Assembly: GCA_965153285.1 (NCBI GenBank) | Contig: OZ229120.1 | Length of the DNA: 64,000 nucleotides | From: Podarcis tiliguerta | Lineage: Eukaryota | Direction: 5' to 3' (one strand) | Shown: positions 1-11,484 of the stretch, piece after piece | Layout of the letters: each line of letters begins with the position of its first letter | Numbering within the stretch: position 1 is the first letter of the stretch | The notes under the pieces: model-generated | Databases searched by the model: none | The model's input: only the letters and a program-made list of their open reading frames with translations | Told to the model about the DNA's origin: nothing | Position numbers and translations under genes: made by a program

Positions 1-1247
1 TTGCTGGTGAATGACCGCTTAGAAATGAGGTTAGCAATTTCTTTTAGCCCTTATCTTGTTTGAAGCTTTCACCAAACAAATGGAGAAATATATAATGTTT
101 CAGACTGCTTCACTTTGGCTATTGGCTTTGGAAATACCGTTTATTAACAGCCAAAGCCACTAATTTGATACCTTTTAATGCTAGGGAGAAAAGGCACCCA
201 TGAGCTTGCAACTTTACAAGATATTAATCTAAAAATTAGCAAATACAAAACTAATCAGGTTGAAGACTAGTGCAGGTATAATGGAGAGGCCCTCTTGACT
301 GGTCAAGCGATTAGGAATGGGTTGCCGGATCATTCACTCCTACTTGCAGTGGTGCCAACTCCAGTTCCCACAAAACTTTTGCTGTGGGTGCCTGGCCACC
401 ACCTACTGCCAGTCGCCACCTTACCTTTGGTGCTCCAGTGCTGCGGGGTTGTGACATCATGTCACACCTTGACATCACAGTGTTGTGGTGTGCGTGCTGG
501 GCATCCACAGTCTGGGGCCCAACTTGATGCCGCTGCCTACCCATTTCCTTCTCAAGTGAATTCCCTCCTGTTTTAACTGCTGCTAAGCATTGTGTCAGCA
601 GCAATATTTAAGCACAGCTAAGGCTAACCTGGTTCCTACTTCAATTTGCAGCCAACTTGAGACTGGTACCTTGTTCATTTTGTAGAAATGTGCACCTTTT
701 GGAATAAACTGCTACAAAATCATTCTGTTCTACTGAGGTGAACAGTAGAACACTGCTGACAGTAGAATACTGCTGAGGTGCTAGTGATTTTGAGGCATTA
801 ATGGTGATGTTTTTCCCAGAGTTAAAGCAAACTGCCTAAAGCCTCTATTCCTTCTTTCCTACCCACCTTCTCAGTGTCTTGAAAGTTCTTTTCCAAATGC
901 CTTACTGTGAGTGACACATACTAGACAGCTCACTCTGGGAAGAATTTAGCTAAGGAATACTGTGATTGCCAAAGGTTAGACTACTCTTAAGAACTGATCT
1001 GAGTTTCTGCTCTTGGAACAGTTCTGTTGGTACATTTTTGTTCTATAAGATGGGACATTTCTGTCCTATTTCAATGCTCACAAAGCCAGATTATCTTCTG
1101 AAGTCTTAAGTAGTTCTCGGGAAATGTAGTCAAATAGGAATCAGGCTGTGAAACTCTCCCCAAGCATGTGTTTACTCAAAAGCAAGTTCCACTCAGTTCA
1201 TTGAGTCTTTATTCTTCATAAGCCTGAGTCAGAGCTTTAACTTAGAA

Positions 1248-1385
1248 CAGGGGTGGCTAACCTGTGGCCCTCCATATATTGCTGAACTACAACTTCCATC
1301 ATCCCTAATTATTGGCCAAGCTGAATGAGGCTGCTGGGAGCTGGAGTTTAACGTCATCTGGGGGACCACAGGCTAGTCTTCGCTG
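1248..1385. mobile_element. Short non-autonomous hAT element
   Basis: CAGGGG...CGCTG ends with a perfect 8-bp TSD ACTTAGAA (1240-1247 and 1386-1393). A related copy lies at about 6464-6605. Confidence 0.8.
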
Positions 1386-2645
1386 ACTTAGAAGTAAGTC
1401 GCACTTGGCTTTGGTTAGTAAAGTACAACCTTAGAGTGAAAATATATAATCTTATCTTTTATCTTAATTATTTTTATATTCTAAAACCTTGTGTATTTCT
1501 GAATGAATTTATTGAAAGACCTTTATCATTAATTATTGTAATGCCTTTAAAAATAACAAAATATATGTGTTCACTTTAAATATTACAGAGTATGATACAT
1601 TTACTATTGCTTTATTTGTAAACATTCTCTTAACATCCCCTCTGGATTCAGTATTTACAAAGGCTTAAAATGCAATTCTGTTCAACAATGTTCTTGGAGT
1701 TAAGGCAATGATATGTTGTTGATTCAACTGTTTTTACCTAAGCAAGTCATGGATTGTGCTGTAAAATGCAATTTAAAAGCATTTTAAAAAGTTGTAATGC
1801 ATTGTTCTGTCTACTGATGAAACTTTACTAATGTGCCACTGTTTTCAAGGGGAAATTGTATATTATTTTATCATAGGTATTGATAATAAAAGAATTATGA
1901 CACAAAACAGCTCTCCAGTGATCATTTCATCTTTAACCCAACCAAAGGAGAAAGTTACATGTGTTGCTTTTGAGAGATGGAATGGATGATGCCAAATGGT
2001 ACTGGTCTGATAGCCAGGCCATAACAGCTGCCATCACTCTGAAATAGGTTTTTATGTGTGTGGGGTGGGGTGGGCTTTTGAAAGTTGAAAGGGTTCCTTG
2101 CGGAAATGCCCAAATCCTTTTGTGAAAATGAGAACATAATTTCTTGGGATTATTTTGGAGCATAAAACCATTACATCCTACATCTTGCTCTAATGCCGCA
2201 GAAAATGCTTTCATTGTGTTTATTATAGCTGATTCAGCTAATATCTCACCCACGCTAACTGAGATTGAGGACTTGTGTTCCGAGGCACTATGCTATTTAC
2301 ACCACTTATGAACACATCTCCCTTTGTATCTGGATTCCTTCCAGTTATATTCTGTGGTGCTTTTTCTGTGTTCTTTGTAGATAACTGTTTAAATAAGCCT
2401 GAGGTTGCTCACCCATGTAAGAGCATAATGCAAAAGGAATAAAAAAGTTTGTGCCTAGAGTAAATTGTAGGAGAAGAGAGGTTCACAAATAAATTCTGAG
2501 TGAAAAACACAAGCTCAACACGTTCACATTTCTCATAAAAAGGGATAAAGGGAGAGGTGAATGGTGTTTTCAGTGTTTAGGAAGTTACAAGTTTCTTGAG
2601 TTTTGCAGTAATTTACAATACAGCTTATGTATTATGTATGTACAA

Positions 2646-2975
2646 CGCGGGTGGCGCTGTGGTCTAAACCACAGAGCCTAGGACTTGCTGATCCCCGCAA
2701 CAGGGTGAGCTCCCGTTGCTGCTCCTGCCAACCTAGCAGTTCGAAAGCACGTCAAAGTGCAAGTAGATAAATAGGTACTGCTCCGGCGGGAAGGTAAACG
2801 GCATTTCCATGCGCTGCTCTGGTTCGCCAGAAGCGGCTTAGTCATGCTGGCCACATGACCCAGAAGCTTCTGCGGACAAACACGGGTTCCTGGGCCTATA
2901 TAGTGAGATGAGCGCCGCAATCCCAAAGTCATCTGCAACTGGACTTAATGGTGAGGGATCCCTTTACCTTTACCT
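2646..2975 (+). mobile_element. Sauria SINE with internal deletion
   Basis: Head GGGTGGCGCTGTGGTCTAAACC, (ACCTTT)n tail, 12-bp TSD TACAGCTTATGT. The B-box segment present in other copies is missing. Confidence 0.92.
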
Positions 2976-3489
2976 TACAGCTTATGTCTGAAAATGTAAT
3001 GGGCTGGAGCTAGTTAGAATTTTTGTTTTTACTTTCAAACAGAAACAAAATAATCTCTTGGAGAAAAAAATGTGAGTAAATAGAACAAAGTTTTATTCAG
3101 ATACTAAGATTCTCCTGTCCTTTCAAATATATACTGAACAATTACTTTTTTAAAAGAGATGCCATCTGCTGGTTTAGTTGTATATATACAAATATGATAT
3201 GACTCAGTTCAAAATACGATATTTCCGTGAATAGCCTTCAGATATTGTAACAGATGAGCTTAACTTTTTTTTAAAAAAAAACTACATTGAGGCAAGAAAT
3301 GAAAATAATACAAGCTGCAATTTCAAACAGTGTGTAAGCGCAGAACTAAGTTCTGAGAAAAGAGATGCTGAGGAGGAAGGATTGCATTCAACTGTAAAAA
3401 GTAATCTTTGTGTTTTTTCTCTGGTAGGTGCCTTAAGGCTCTGAGAGAGGGAGTTGCCAGTTCTGACCTGGGAGTTCTACTCTTAGAGT

Positions 3490-4015
3490 ACCTCAGATGT
3501 CATCTAGTCCAACCCCTGCCAGTGTAGTAATTGCACTGCTGCAGCAACTCTGCTTAAAAATCTCTATCAGAGAATCTATCACCTTCCAGGGGAGCCTGTT
3601 CTAATGCCTGTCAGCTCATACCACCAGGAAGCTCTTCCTAATGTTCAATTGACACTCTCTTCCTTGTAAATTGAACATGTTGATTTGGGTCCTACGCTCT
3701 GGAGTAACAAAGCAAAATTGACCCATCATCACTTTGACAGCCTCCCAATAGTTGAAGACTGCCAAACGTATTGGCTCTGAACGTCCCCTTCTCCAGGATA
3801 AACATACCTATCTCCCTTAATCTTTATTCACAAAGGAATGGAGGTCCAAGCCCTTACCATTTCTTCACGTTGTAGTTTGTCAGTAGCCTCCTTCAGTTGT
3901 GTCCAGAACTGGAAATGGTATGCCAGGTGAGGTCAGACCAAAGCAGAATAGAGCTGTACATACCATTACTACTTGTATCTTGGACATTATACTTGATGCT
4001 TGATGGGGTCTTTCT
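3490..4015 (-). mobile_element. CR1 LINE 3' fragment, degraded
   Basis: CATCTAGTCCAACCCC and downstream similarity to the reverse complement of the CR1 copy at 41665-42057. Boundaries approximate. Confidence 0.7.
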
Positions 4016-5162
4016 GTTGCCAAATTGGGAAGAAACGGGGTAAACTAGGCTGAAAGCTTGTGACTTACCAAAATGCACTCCGTGGGCTTCAGGTATCCAA
4101 ATCCAAAATCTTGGCTGGTCCAGGTCGAAAGCCCTTGCATCACAGTGACTTATTTTTCAACTTCAGAGACCTCCAAACAATCGCAAAGTAAGCATGCATT
4201 GATGTAGCAAATTCATGCTGTCAGGTTCCCCCCCCCCCCCATATGTTCACCAGCTATCAGTCAAGAGTATACGGCCAGGTACTGGATGTAATGAAGAGAC
4301 ATATACTGTCCAGTAGCTATTGATGGCTTCAGTTTTTATGCTTTTGTCAAATCCTGGTGATGTTATGCCCATAACTATTACCTTGTGATAGCCAATTCCA
4401 TAGTACAGTACAGTACAGCAATGACTTGTGTGAAGACATACTCGAGTGTAAAGAGCTCCCTATTCGTAGAAAGGAGAAGGGTGTGTGTATTAATGTCAAG
4501 AAGGCTATTTTGAACGGTGCTCCCGTGTGCTTTGATTTTCTGTGAGCAGAGCCTTCTCTATGTGAGGCCATTCAAATATGCGACCTCCAGAGCATGAAGC
4601 TTTCAGTACTAAATTCTGTCCAATGTATAAAATGCCCTTGACTGATAGGTTCAGATTCGTCCCTCCTAAAACGACTTTATTGCTTTCGTATTCATATTCT
4701 AGGGAGGATGCGCTACAAGGCTGCAGCCAATGAGACTCTAGGACGGGCGGGCTCTTATTACGTCAACAATCAGCGCGGCGACAATTTGCCCTGAGCCGCG
4801 ACGTTCCTCTCCCCGGCTTCATTGTGACGTCTATAAGCAGCAACGCCTTCTGGGTAAAACGTTGGCGGCGTACCCACCAATTTTCAACAGGAGACCGGGG
4901 AGGCGCGCCTGGGACTTGATTGACAAGCGGCTTAGCCACTTGCGATGGCGCTGTGAGCGGCGGGGCGGGAGGGACGCTTCGCGGGGTCCAATTAAAGCTC
5001 GCAATCCGAAGAGGGGAAGCGGCGTTGTCGGAGGGAACGGGTTTCGCGCCCCGCTTTCCAGGGAAAGGCTGTTGTTCCTCTTGATTCCGGGTTCCGGTGG
5101 TCAAAGTAGCCGAGACACGCTGCCCCCCTTCCCTCCTGGTTTTTAGGGGTGGGGCTGGGAGA

Positions 5163-5179
5163 ATGAATTTGGTGGCGAG
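5163..5179 (+). CDS. CETN3: Centrin-3 coding exon 1 (MNLVA + first 2 nt of R)
   Basis: ATG AAT TTG GTG GCG AG|gttggt inside the CpG island. The 17 coding nt join exon 2 in frame and give [13 protein letters not shown], matching the vertebrate CETN3 N-terminus (human MSLALRSELVVDK, from memory). Confidence 0.88.
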
Positions 5180-5235
5180 GTTGGTACCTTGGCGGGAGGG
5201 AGGGAAGCCGCGAGCGAAGGGCTTTTTGCTTTCTT

Positions 5236-5249
5236 GTTGCCATGGCAAC
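5236..5249. promoter_or_regulatory. RFX X-box, perfect palindrome GTTGCCATGGCAAC
   Basis: Exact 14-bp RFX consensus palindrome 57 nt into intron 1 of a centriole/basal-body gene. Confidence 0.85.
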
Positions 5250-5891
5250 GCAACGTGTTTTTCACCCCCTCCCCACCGTCGCGAGCCGCCTTGTCGCGAT
5301 ATTTGCCGCAGCGAGCGTGCGCACTGGCTCCGGGTGGCGCGCGACATCCCCTTCCCCCCCTCTCGTCGCAAAAGCATTTGGTAGCTTTTTATTATTATTA
5401 TTTATTATTATCATCATCATTACTTACATGTTGTTTTGTTGATAGTTGCCTTGGACCTTGTAGGCGAGGGAAGAGGAAGGAAGAATAATGCGTGTCCCCG
5501 CTTAGGTTCTCAAGGCTGCTTGTGGAAGTGATTTAATGCCATTTAGATTGATAATCTAAGCAACTTTAGCCCATCGAATAATGTAAGCTTGCAACCAAGG
5601 TGAATAGGTAGGCAGCAGCCCAGCGTTCACCTTAAAAGATGGAGTGAAAGCTAGAGACCCTTATGTAGGAGGGCACGCACAGAGTTGAGTTTTCGGGCTG
5701 TGATGCTCCAGGCCATCTTCATAAAGGTTAGGAAGTGATCCTTGGTGAAGTGGGCTGCCACTACAGAGCACAGAGCCATAGCTTAGTGGTGCAGCAAATG
5801 CCTTCCCTGCACACATTTCCAGATTGGTTCTTGGTATCTTCTAGGCAGGGCAGGGAATGCCATCTCTGAAGCCATGCAGAGCCTCTACCAA

Positions 5892-6206
5892 CAGAGCTTT
5901 CCAAACTGTTGCAACACGTTAGTGTCTTGGCTGCAATGTGTTCGTGTGTCGTGCAAACGCTCCCGTGCTCCTTACCAGGGCTGGAAAGGGGTTAGTTTAA
6001 CCTCTGGTTTGCTAGTAAAACTGAATTACTGTGTCATAGAATAGTAAGAGTTGGAAGGGACCCTGAGGGTAATCTAGTCCAACCCCCAGCAATGCAGGAA
6101 TAGGCAGCTGTCCCATACAGCACCATGCTCTAACCAAGTGAGCCATCACTAAATGATGCATGTCTAAAAAGTGTGTCACCAGCCTGAGAAGTTTGGAAAG
6201 CTGCAG
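5892..6206. mobile_element. hAT MITE in CETN3 intron 1 carrying a nested CR1-tailed SINE (about 6035-6146, minus strand)
   Basis: TIR CAGAGCTTTCCAAACT / AGTTTGGAAAGCTGCAG; 8-bp TSD TCTACCAA / TCTACCAT. The insert has a CR1-type tail (CTAGTCCAACCCC) and a tRNA A-box remnant. Confidence 0.7.
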
Positions 6207-6802
6207 TCTACCATAGTTCAGAACGAGATGGTTTAATGGTCTGACTTTGTAGAAAGCAGGTTTTTTGTGTTCATTTAGGTGCGAACATCAGCACCCGTGC
6301 TTTCCTTACTAAATCAGTATAGGAACTCCCGTAGCCTTTAGGAATGCAGAAGTCCATTTTAAGAATATAATATACATATATCAGGGAAATGGTGAACTAA
6401 AAAGAGCAGAAGGGAGTCTTGATGGCAGATGGAGTATACAGTTTTGTCATTGTAGTCTCTAGTCCAAGTGTGGCAAACATTTGGCCCTCCAAGATGTTGG
6501 AAGAACTACAGCCCCCCTCATTCCTGGCAATTGGCCATGCTTGCCAGGGCTGATGGGAATGGTAGTTCAGCAACATCTGGAGGGCCAAAGCCTACACCAG
6601 CCCTAGCCCAAATACAGTTGTTTATGAATCCATCATAAATCTTAAACCTAAGACTGGACATTTCATGAAATCAATTCTCATTCTGTTTTCTTCATCAGCA
6701 AGGTGACGCATACCTACTCACTAAGATATGCCACAGAACTAAAATTGTGTGTTCTTTAAGAGAGAAAAAACATACCTGACTACATTTGTCTTTATGTTCT
6801 AG

Positions 6803-6938
6803 ATCTGAGCTTCCTGTTGACAAAACCAAGAGAAAGAAAAGAAGAGACTTGACTGAAGAACAGAAGCAAGAAATTAAAGATGCTTTTGAGTTGTTTGACA
6901 CAGATAAAGACAGAGCTATAGATTATCATGAACTGAAG
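6803..6938 (+). CDS. CETN3: Centrin-3 coding exon 2 (EF-hand 1)
   Basis: Acceptor tttatgttctag|A. Encodes [45 protein letters not shown]; 136 nt; donor AAG|gcaatt (GC type). Confidence 0.97.
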
Positions 6939-7106
6939 GCAATTGATTTTCTTATAAAATTATTGATATTTTGCTTTATAATTGTACAGTGTTGTATAAT
7001 CCTTATAAGGCGTGTTAGCTACATATTGTGACACATTTTTCTGTGGTATACATGCTATGAACAAAGATGGCTGATACAGAGTAAAACTGTGGTGTAATAG
7101 CATTTA

Positions 7107-7275
7107 CCGTATTTTTCGCTCTATAACACGCACTCGACCATAACACGCACGTAGTTTTTAGAGGAGGAAAATCCGTAGGCATGCCACCCGTAGGCATTCC
7201 CTCCATAACACGCAGAGACATTTCCCCTTACTTTTTAGGAGGAAAAAAGTGAGTGTTATGGTGCAAAAAATACGG
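7107..7275. mobile_element. Tc1/mariner-superfamily (Tc2/pogo-like) MITE in intron 2
   Basis: TIR CCGTATTTTTCGCTCTATAACAC / GTGTTATGGTGCAAAAAATACGG, flanked by TA on both sides. Confidence 0.85.
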
Positions 7276-8426
7276 TATATAGCACTTGCTGAATATTCAG
7301 TAAGTATACAGTATACAATATTAGTAATCTTTGCAACCTTCCTATGAGATAGGCTAGTATTGCCTTCATAGTGTAGAGGAGGCTGAGATTGTAAGGAAGT
7401 GGTTTGCATGTAGTGAGGTTTGAACTAGTTTTATAGCTCACACTTTAGCAACTTCACTGCAGCAGCTCTTGAATTGGTGTTTTTAATGTTTGCTATCTGT
7501 TTCTATGATGTTTAAACCAGCCATAAGGCAGAAGCACTTAAAAGTAAATACTAGGAAAGATGCATTCCCCTTGGTGCTTATAGTTAACATAGATCTGCAT
7601 TCCAGAGGAAACTATAGATCTAGAATTTTAGCATTGTGGTATGGTATACGTGATACCATCATAGCCTGTTTCTCTTTGTCAGAAACATCTTAAGGCTGCT
7701 ATGTGGAGTTACGTGCAATATATTAATGTTCTAAGAACCTTGATGTCAGTGGTGTTAAACTTGTTTGCTCTGAGGAAAGTCTCCATGATTTCAGTAAGGC
7801 TTAATCCCATGCAGCCTTGATATAATAAACATAATTTTCAAAATGTCATATTGTCAAATCTTCGGCTCTCATTTTGTAAGAGCCAAAGGCAGCATGGGTG
7901 GGAAATTTATTCCATCTGGTTGCCATCCCAGAGTGTCTTTTTCATAGAGCTTTTTTTTTCTTGTTCTTTTCTCACAAAAATTCACTTTTGGAACTTGGAG
8001 AGATAGAAGTTGTTGCTGAGCTGTTTAGGATACTGACAGCACAAACTAATACATTTCTACTCAGTCAGCATGCTTATTTTGTAATGTCAGTAAACAAGAG
8101 GTTAAACAAGGACGGCAAGTTGGTAATCTGCGGGTGCACCCAGTTCTCTCCATTAACTCCAGCAGTAGCATAGAAAAAAATATTATGCTCCTTCAGCATT
8201 GGCTTGATCACTCCTGCTCTCCTGAAAAAGTGCTGGCAAGGCCAAAGGTATAGCAAGAGAGTTACCTTTGTCTCCCTCCACTGGTAAACCTCCACCCAAA
8301 AAACAGGAAATCACCATAGTGGCTCCTGTGGGATCACAGGATCACGTTAACTCTCATTTATCAAAGTAGCACTTCAGGTGCTGCTTTTGGAGGCACCAGA
8401 CGCTTCTTGGCTAGAGATCAGGAAAT

Positions 8427-8493
8427 GTTGTTGTTGTTGTTTAGTCATTTAGTTGTGTCCGACTCTTCGTGACCCCATGGACCAGAGCATGCC
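8427..8493 (-). mobile_element. BovB (RTE) 3' stub in intron 2
   Basis: (CAA)n tail plus about 50 nt nearly identical to the BovB 3' end at 32204; TSD AGATCAG(G/T)AAAT. Confidence 0.85.
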
Positions 8494-9008
8494 AGATCAG
8501 TAAATATAGATCCATAAATGATGTGCAGAGTGCTGTTTGGCTTGGCTTCAGAGCACCCATTTTGCTCAGGAATCTGAGATTGTTCAAGAGATCTCTGCAG
8601 TGTTGCAGGAGCCTCTTGGTAATGTCCTGTTTGCTGCCAAGAGGGCAGTATTGCTTCTCCCACTCTGGACGCCAGATGTGTCAGCTTGGGTACAGCAATC
8701 ATGTTCTGTCCCCCCCCCCCCCCCAGCCAGCCAAGTACTTAAAACTGTACAAACTCCAATTTTTTTGTCCTCCAGGCATTTGTGGAAAAGTAGTCAGACT
8801 TTCAGAAATGTTTAACCATTTGGAAGTTTTATCTTTACAATCCCATACATCTACCTAGGATTTTTTTTTCTTTACTATCATCTAGGAAATTCTCATGTTA
8901 GTAAAAATGTCATTTATTAACATCAACTTGCTATTGCAGTCAGTATGAACTACGATGAATAAATGATTTGTGAGTCAACATTGTTGCATTTCTGTCTTTT
9001 CCCAAAAG

Positions 9009-9123
9009 GTGGCAATGAGAGCCTTAGGTTTTGATGTGAAAAAAGCAGATGTGCTAAAGATACTTAAAGATTATGATCGGGAAGGAACTGGGAAAATCAC
9101 CTTTGAAGATTTTAATGAAGTTG
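9009..9123 (+). CDS. CETN3: Centrin-3 coding exon 3 (EF-hand 2)
   Basis: Acceptor ttttcccaaaag|GTG. Encodes VAMRALGFDVKKADVLKILKDYDREGTGKITFEDFNEV; 115 nt; donor G|gtgagt. Confidence 0.97.
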
Positions 9124-9987
9124 GTGAGTGTTGGATTTTAAACATGTATTGTTGACAGGAGGAAAATTTGACAATAATTGATAGCTGGAAATATATCTGG
9201 TCTGATTCTTAATGGATGGGTATGCAAATGTATCGGGGATAACAGATGAGCCTTTTAATGTTTACAGCATTGTGTGTCCCCCCAAAAATAAATAAATGAA
9301 TGAATAAATAAATAAATAAATAAAGAACTATCAAAATTTTGCTTTGACCCTCTGCATGCACTTTCTTCTCTTCTACCCCACCTTTATCTGCCAGTAGTTA
9401 CGAAACTGAACAAAGGGGATAGATAACCTTAAACTTTACTAGCATTCCATAGTTTTTCATGTCCTGCTATTTTCCCCCAGTATCTCCTTTTAAAACTAAT
9501 TTATTTTTTTATTCCGTACCCACAACTTTTTTTTAAAAAAAAACACCTATTGGACTATGAAAAAGTAATTATTATGTTGGGGCAATTTTTGTATTTATCT
9601 TTGGCAGCCGTATGTAGAAGATTCCCACAATATTTGCTGTTGCTATAGAAAGATCAAAAGAGAGAGTAGGTTTTCTGCAGAAATGAAGTATAACTACTCG
9701 GTTACCTTGCTAAGTATTCAGTAAGTTGTGACATTTTCCATATATTCACTTCCTATGTGGAGTTCAAATCCATGCAGTTGAGGTTATTAAATGTACGTAC
9801 AATCCCCGCCCCCCCCCGCCTCTTTAGGTAGATTATGAAAGCTAATCTTTTAAATTCTTTGGGTCAGAAACCTGAGGGCTTGGAATAGAGTTAGAGCATT
9901 TCAATGCAGAATTATTATTTTTTCACCAACAGAAGTAGAGGTAATTTCATAGAAATAGACCAGATCTCCCAATTGTTTTCATTTTAG

Positions 9988-10179
9988 TGACAGACTGGAT
10001 ACTTGAGAGAAATCCTCATGAAGAGATACTCAAGGCATTTAAATTGTTTGATGATGATGATTCGGGTAAAATAAGCCTGAGAAACCTGCGCCGTGTAGCT
10101 AGAGAACTTGGGGAAAACATGACTGATGAAGAACTTCGGGCAATGATTGAAGAATTTGATAAAGATGGTGATGGAGAAA
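9988..10179 (+). CDS. CETN3: Centrin-3 coding exon 4 (EF-hand 3 and most of EF-hand 4)
   Basis: Acceptor ttttcattttag|TG. Encodes [63 protein letters not shown]; 192 nt; donor A|gtaagt. Confidence 0.97.
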
Positions 10180-10900
10180 GTAAGTTCTAAAAATGCTGTG
10201 TTCATGTGCTAATCATAAATATGATATAGAAATAGTGCATTGAATTTGTTTTGTGTGTGATGATTTTATGGTCAAGCAAGTGACTGATTTTCTCTCCAGA
10301 AAATGTAATCCTACAAACTACCCATGGATCTGGGAATGAAATTCAGTTTTTCCCTATTAAAGTATGAAATTATATGCCATAGGTTATACATGAATGTATT
10401 GGCCTCTTCTGTTATTTTGCAATGAATAAATAAAACTGGGGTGAATTATTGTCTGCCTACAATGCTGTTGAATCTGCAATATAAGTCACTAAAAAATAAC
10501 TATAGAATCTTCTTCAGAAATCAAGAAATTTAAGTGTACCTTCAAATTTAGAAGACAAGGCCTAGAGGATTTGGGGCTTGCAGCAATATGCAGCATGAAA
10601 TGATAGCAGCAGATATATATATATTTATATGTAAGCAATTACCAACTAGTCTGTTTTAGTAAAGTTAAATTATTTTAATTTCGTTCGATAATTGCCTGCT
10701 CTGAGGATTTCATACCAAGTTAATCCTTCAAAAGGGTCCACTACAGACTTTCCAAATGAATGTTAATTTGCTTTAATATTTTTGAGAGAATTTCAGTATT
10801 TAGCCTCCTTCAGACTGCTAGAAGGAGCTTATTTGATTGATAAAAGCTTTCAAGTAAGATATGCAGTCAATACTTACCTGTTTTCTTCGGTTTTTTTCAG

Positions 10901-10944
10901 TCAACCAGGAAGAATTTATTGCCATCATGACTGGAGATGTTTAA
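10901..10944 (+). CDS. CETN3: Centrin-3 coding exon 5 (C-terminus)
   Basis: Acceptor tttttttcag|TC. Encodes (I)NQEEFIAIMTGDV then TAA. Total CDS is 17+136+115+192+44 = 504 nt. Confidence 0.97.
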
Positions 10945-11310
10945 TGGTACAAGAAAAGAAATGAACTTGGCACAAAAAGGAAGGATTATCGGCTTTCAGC
11001 ATTGAAGCTGCCACCTTTCTGTTAATTTCTGTAGCAGGAGCCATGCAAAAAATAATTTTCCTCAAAGGACCAAAAGAAACACAAAATCTATGTACTAAGA
11101 GGTTGATATTTTATATCATTAAATTTTAGATTAAGCAGTGTTACGTTTGAGTACTCATTTGTAAAATAGCTTTGTATAAGAATTTTAAATTAAATCATAG
11201 TATAAAACCTTTTGAAGTTGACATTATTTTAGCATTAGCCGTGGCCTTAGTTTTTATATAAGAGTTTAACAGACATCCATTTTAATAAAGTATTCTTTTT
11301 ATATTCTGTA
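10945..11310 (+). other. CETN3: CETN3 3' UTR with polyadenylation signal AATAAA at 11284-11289
   Basis: AT-rich sequence after the stop, first AATAAA at 11284, GT-rich sequence downstream. The cleavage site is approximate. Confidence 0.7.
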
Positions 11311-11484
11311 ACCCTTGTTGGAGTGTTTAATCCAAATGGAATGTGGTTGTAATTGTCAGCTGTTGTACTGCTTAATTTGGTGGTGAAATCACATCTGGCC
11401 TTTTAGGTTATGCTTTTGTTGTGCAGCAGTAATTGTAAACTATTTATTGCATTACATTTTGTGTCACTCCTTTCCCCCAAGGGA

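Larger units (their letters stand above)
4700..5370 (+). promoter_or_regulatory. CpG-island promoter of CETN3
   Basis: Abrupt GC/CpG-rich block around exon 1. CCAAT box (agCCAATga, 4727), GC box (4745-4751), CRE-like sites TTACGTCA (4758-4765) and TGACGTCT (4825-4832), further CCAAT motifs near 4877 and 4988. Confidence 0.88.

Noticed and set aside
1-2520. 3' UTR of the upstream neighbour (MBLAC2 by mammalian synteny)
   Set aside because: AT-rich with several AATAAA, but no coding exon is visible, so it cannot be supported from this window.
4763-5488. Overlapping ORFs of 83-204 aa on both strands
   Set aside because: By-product of the stop-poor CpG island; only 5163-5179 is coding.
6786-7031. 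ORF starting [10 protein letters not shown] as the CETN3 N-terminus
   Set aside because: The start is TTG within the polypyrimidine tract. The real ATG exon at 5163 splices in frame.
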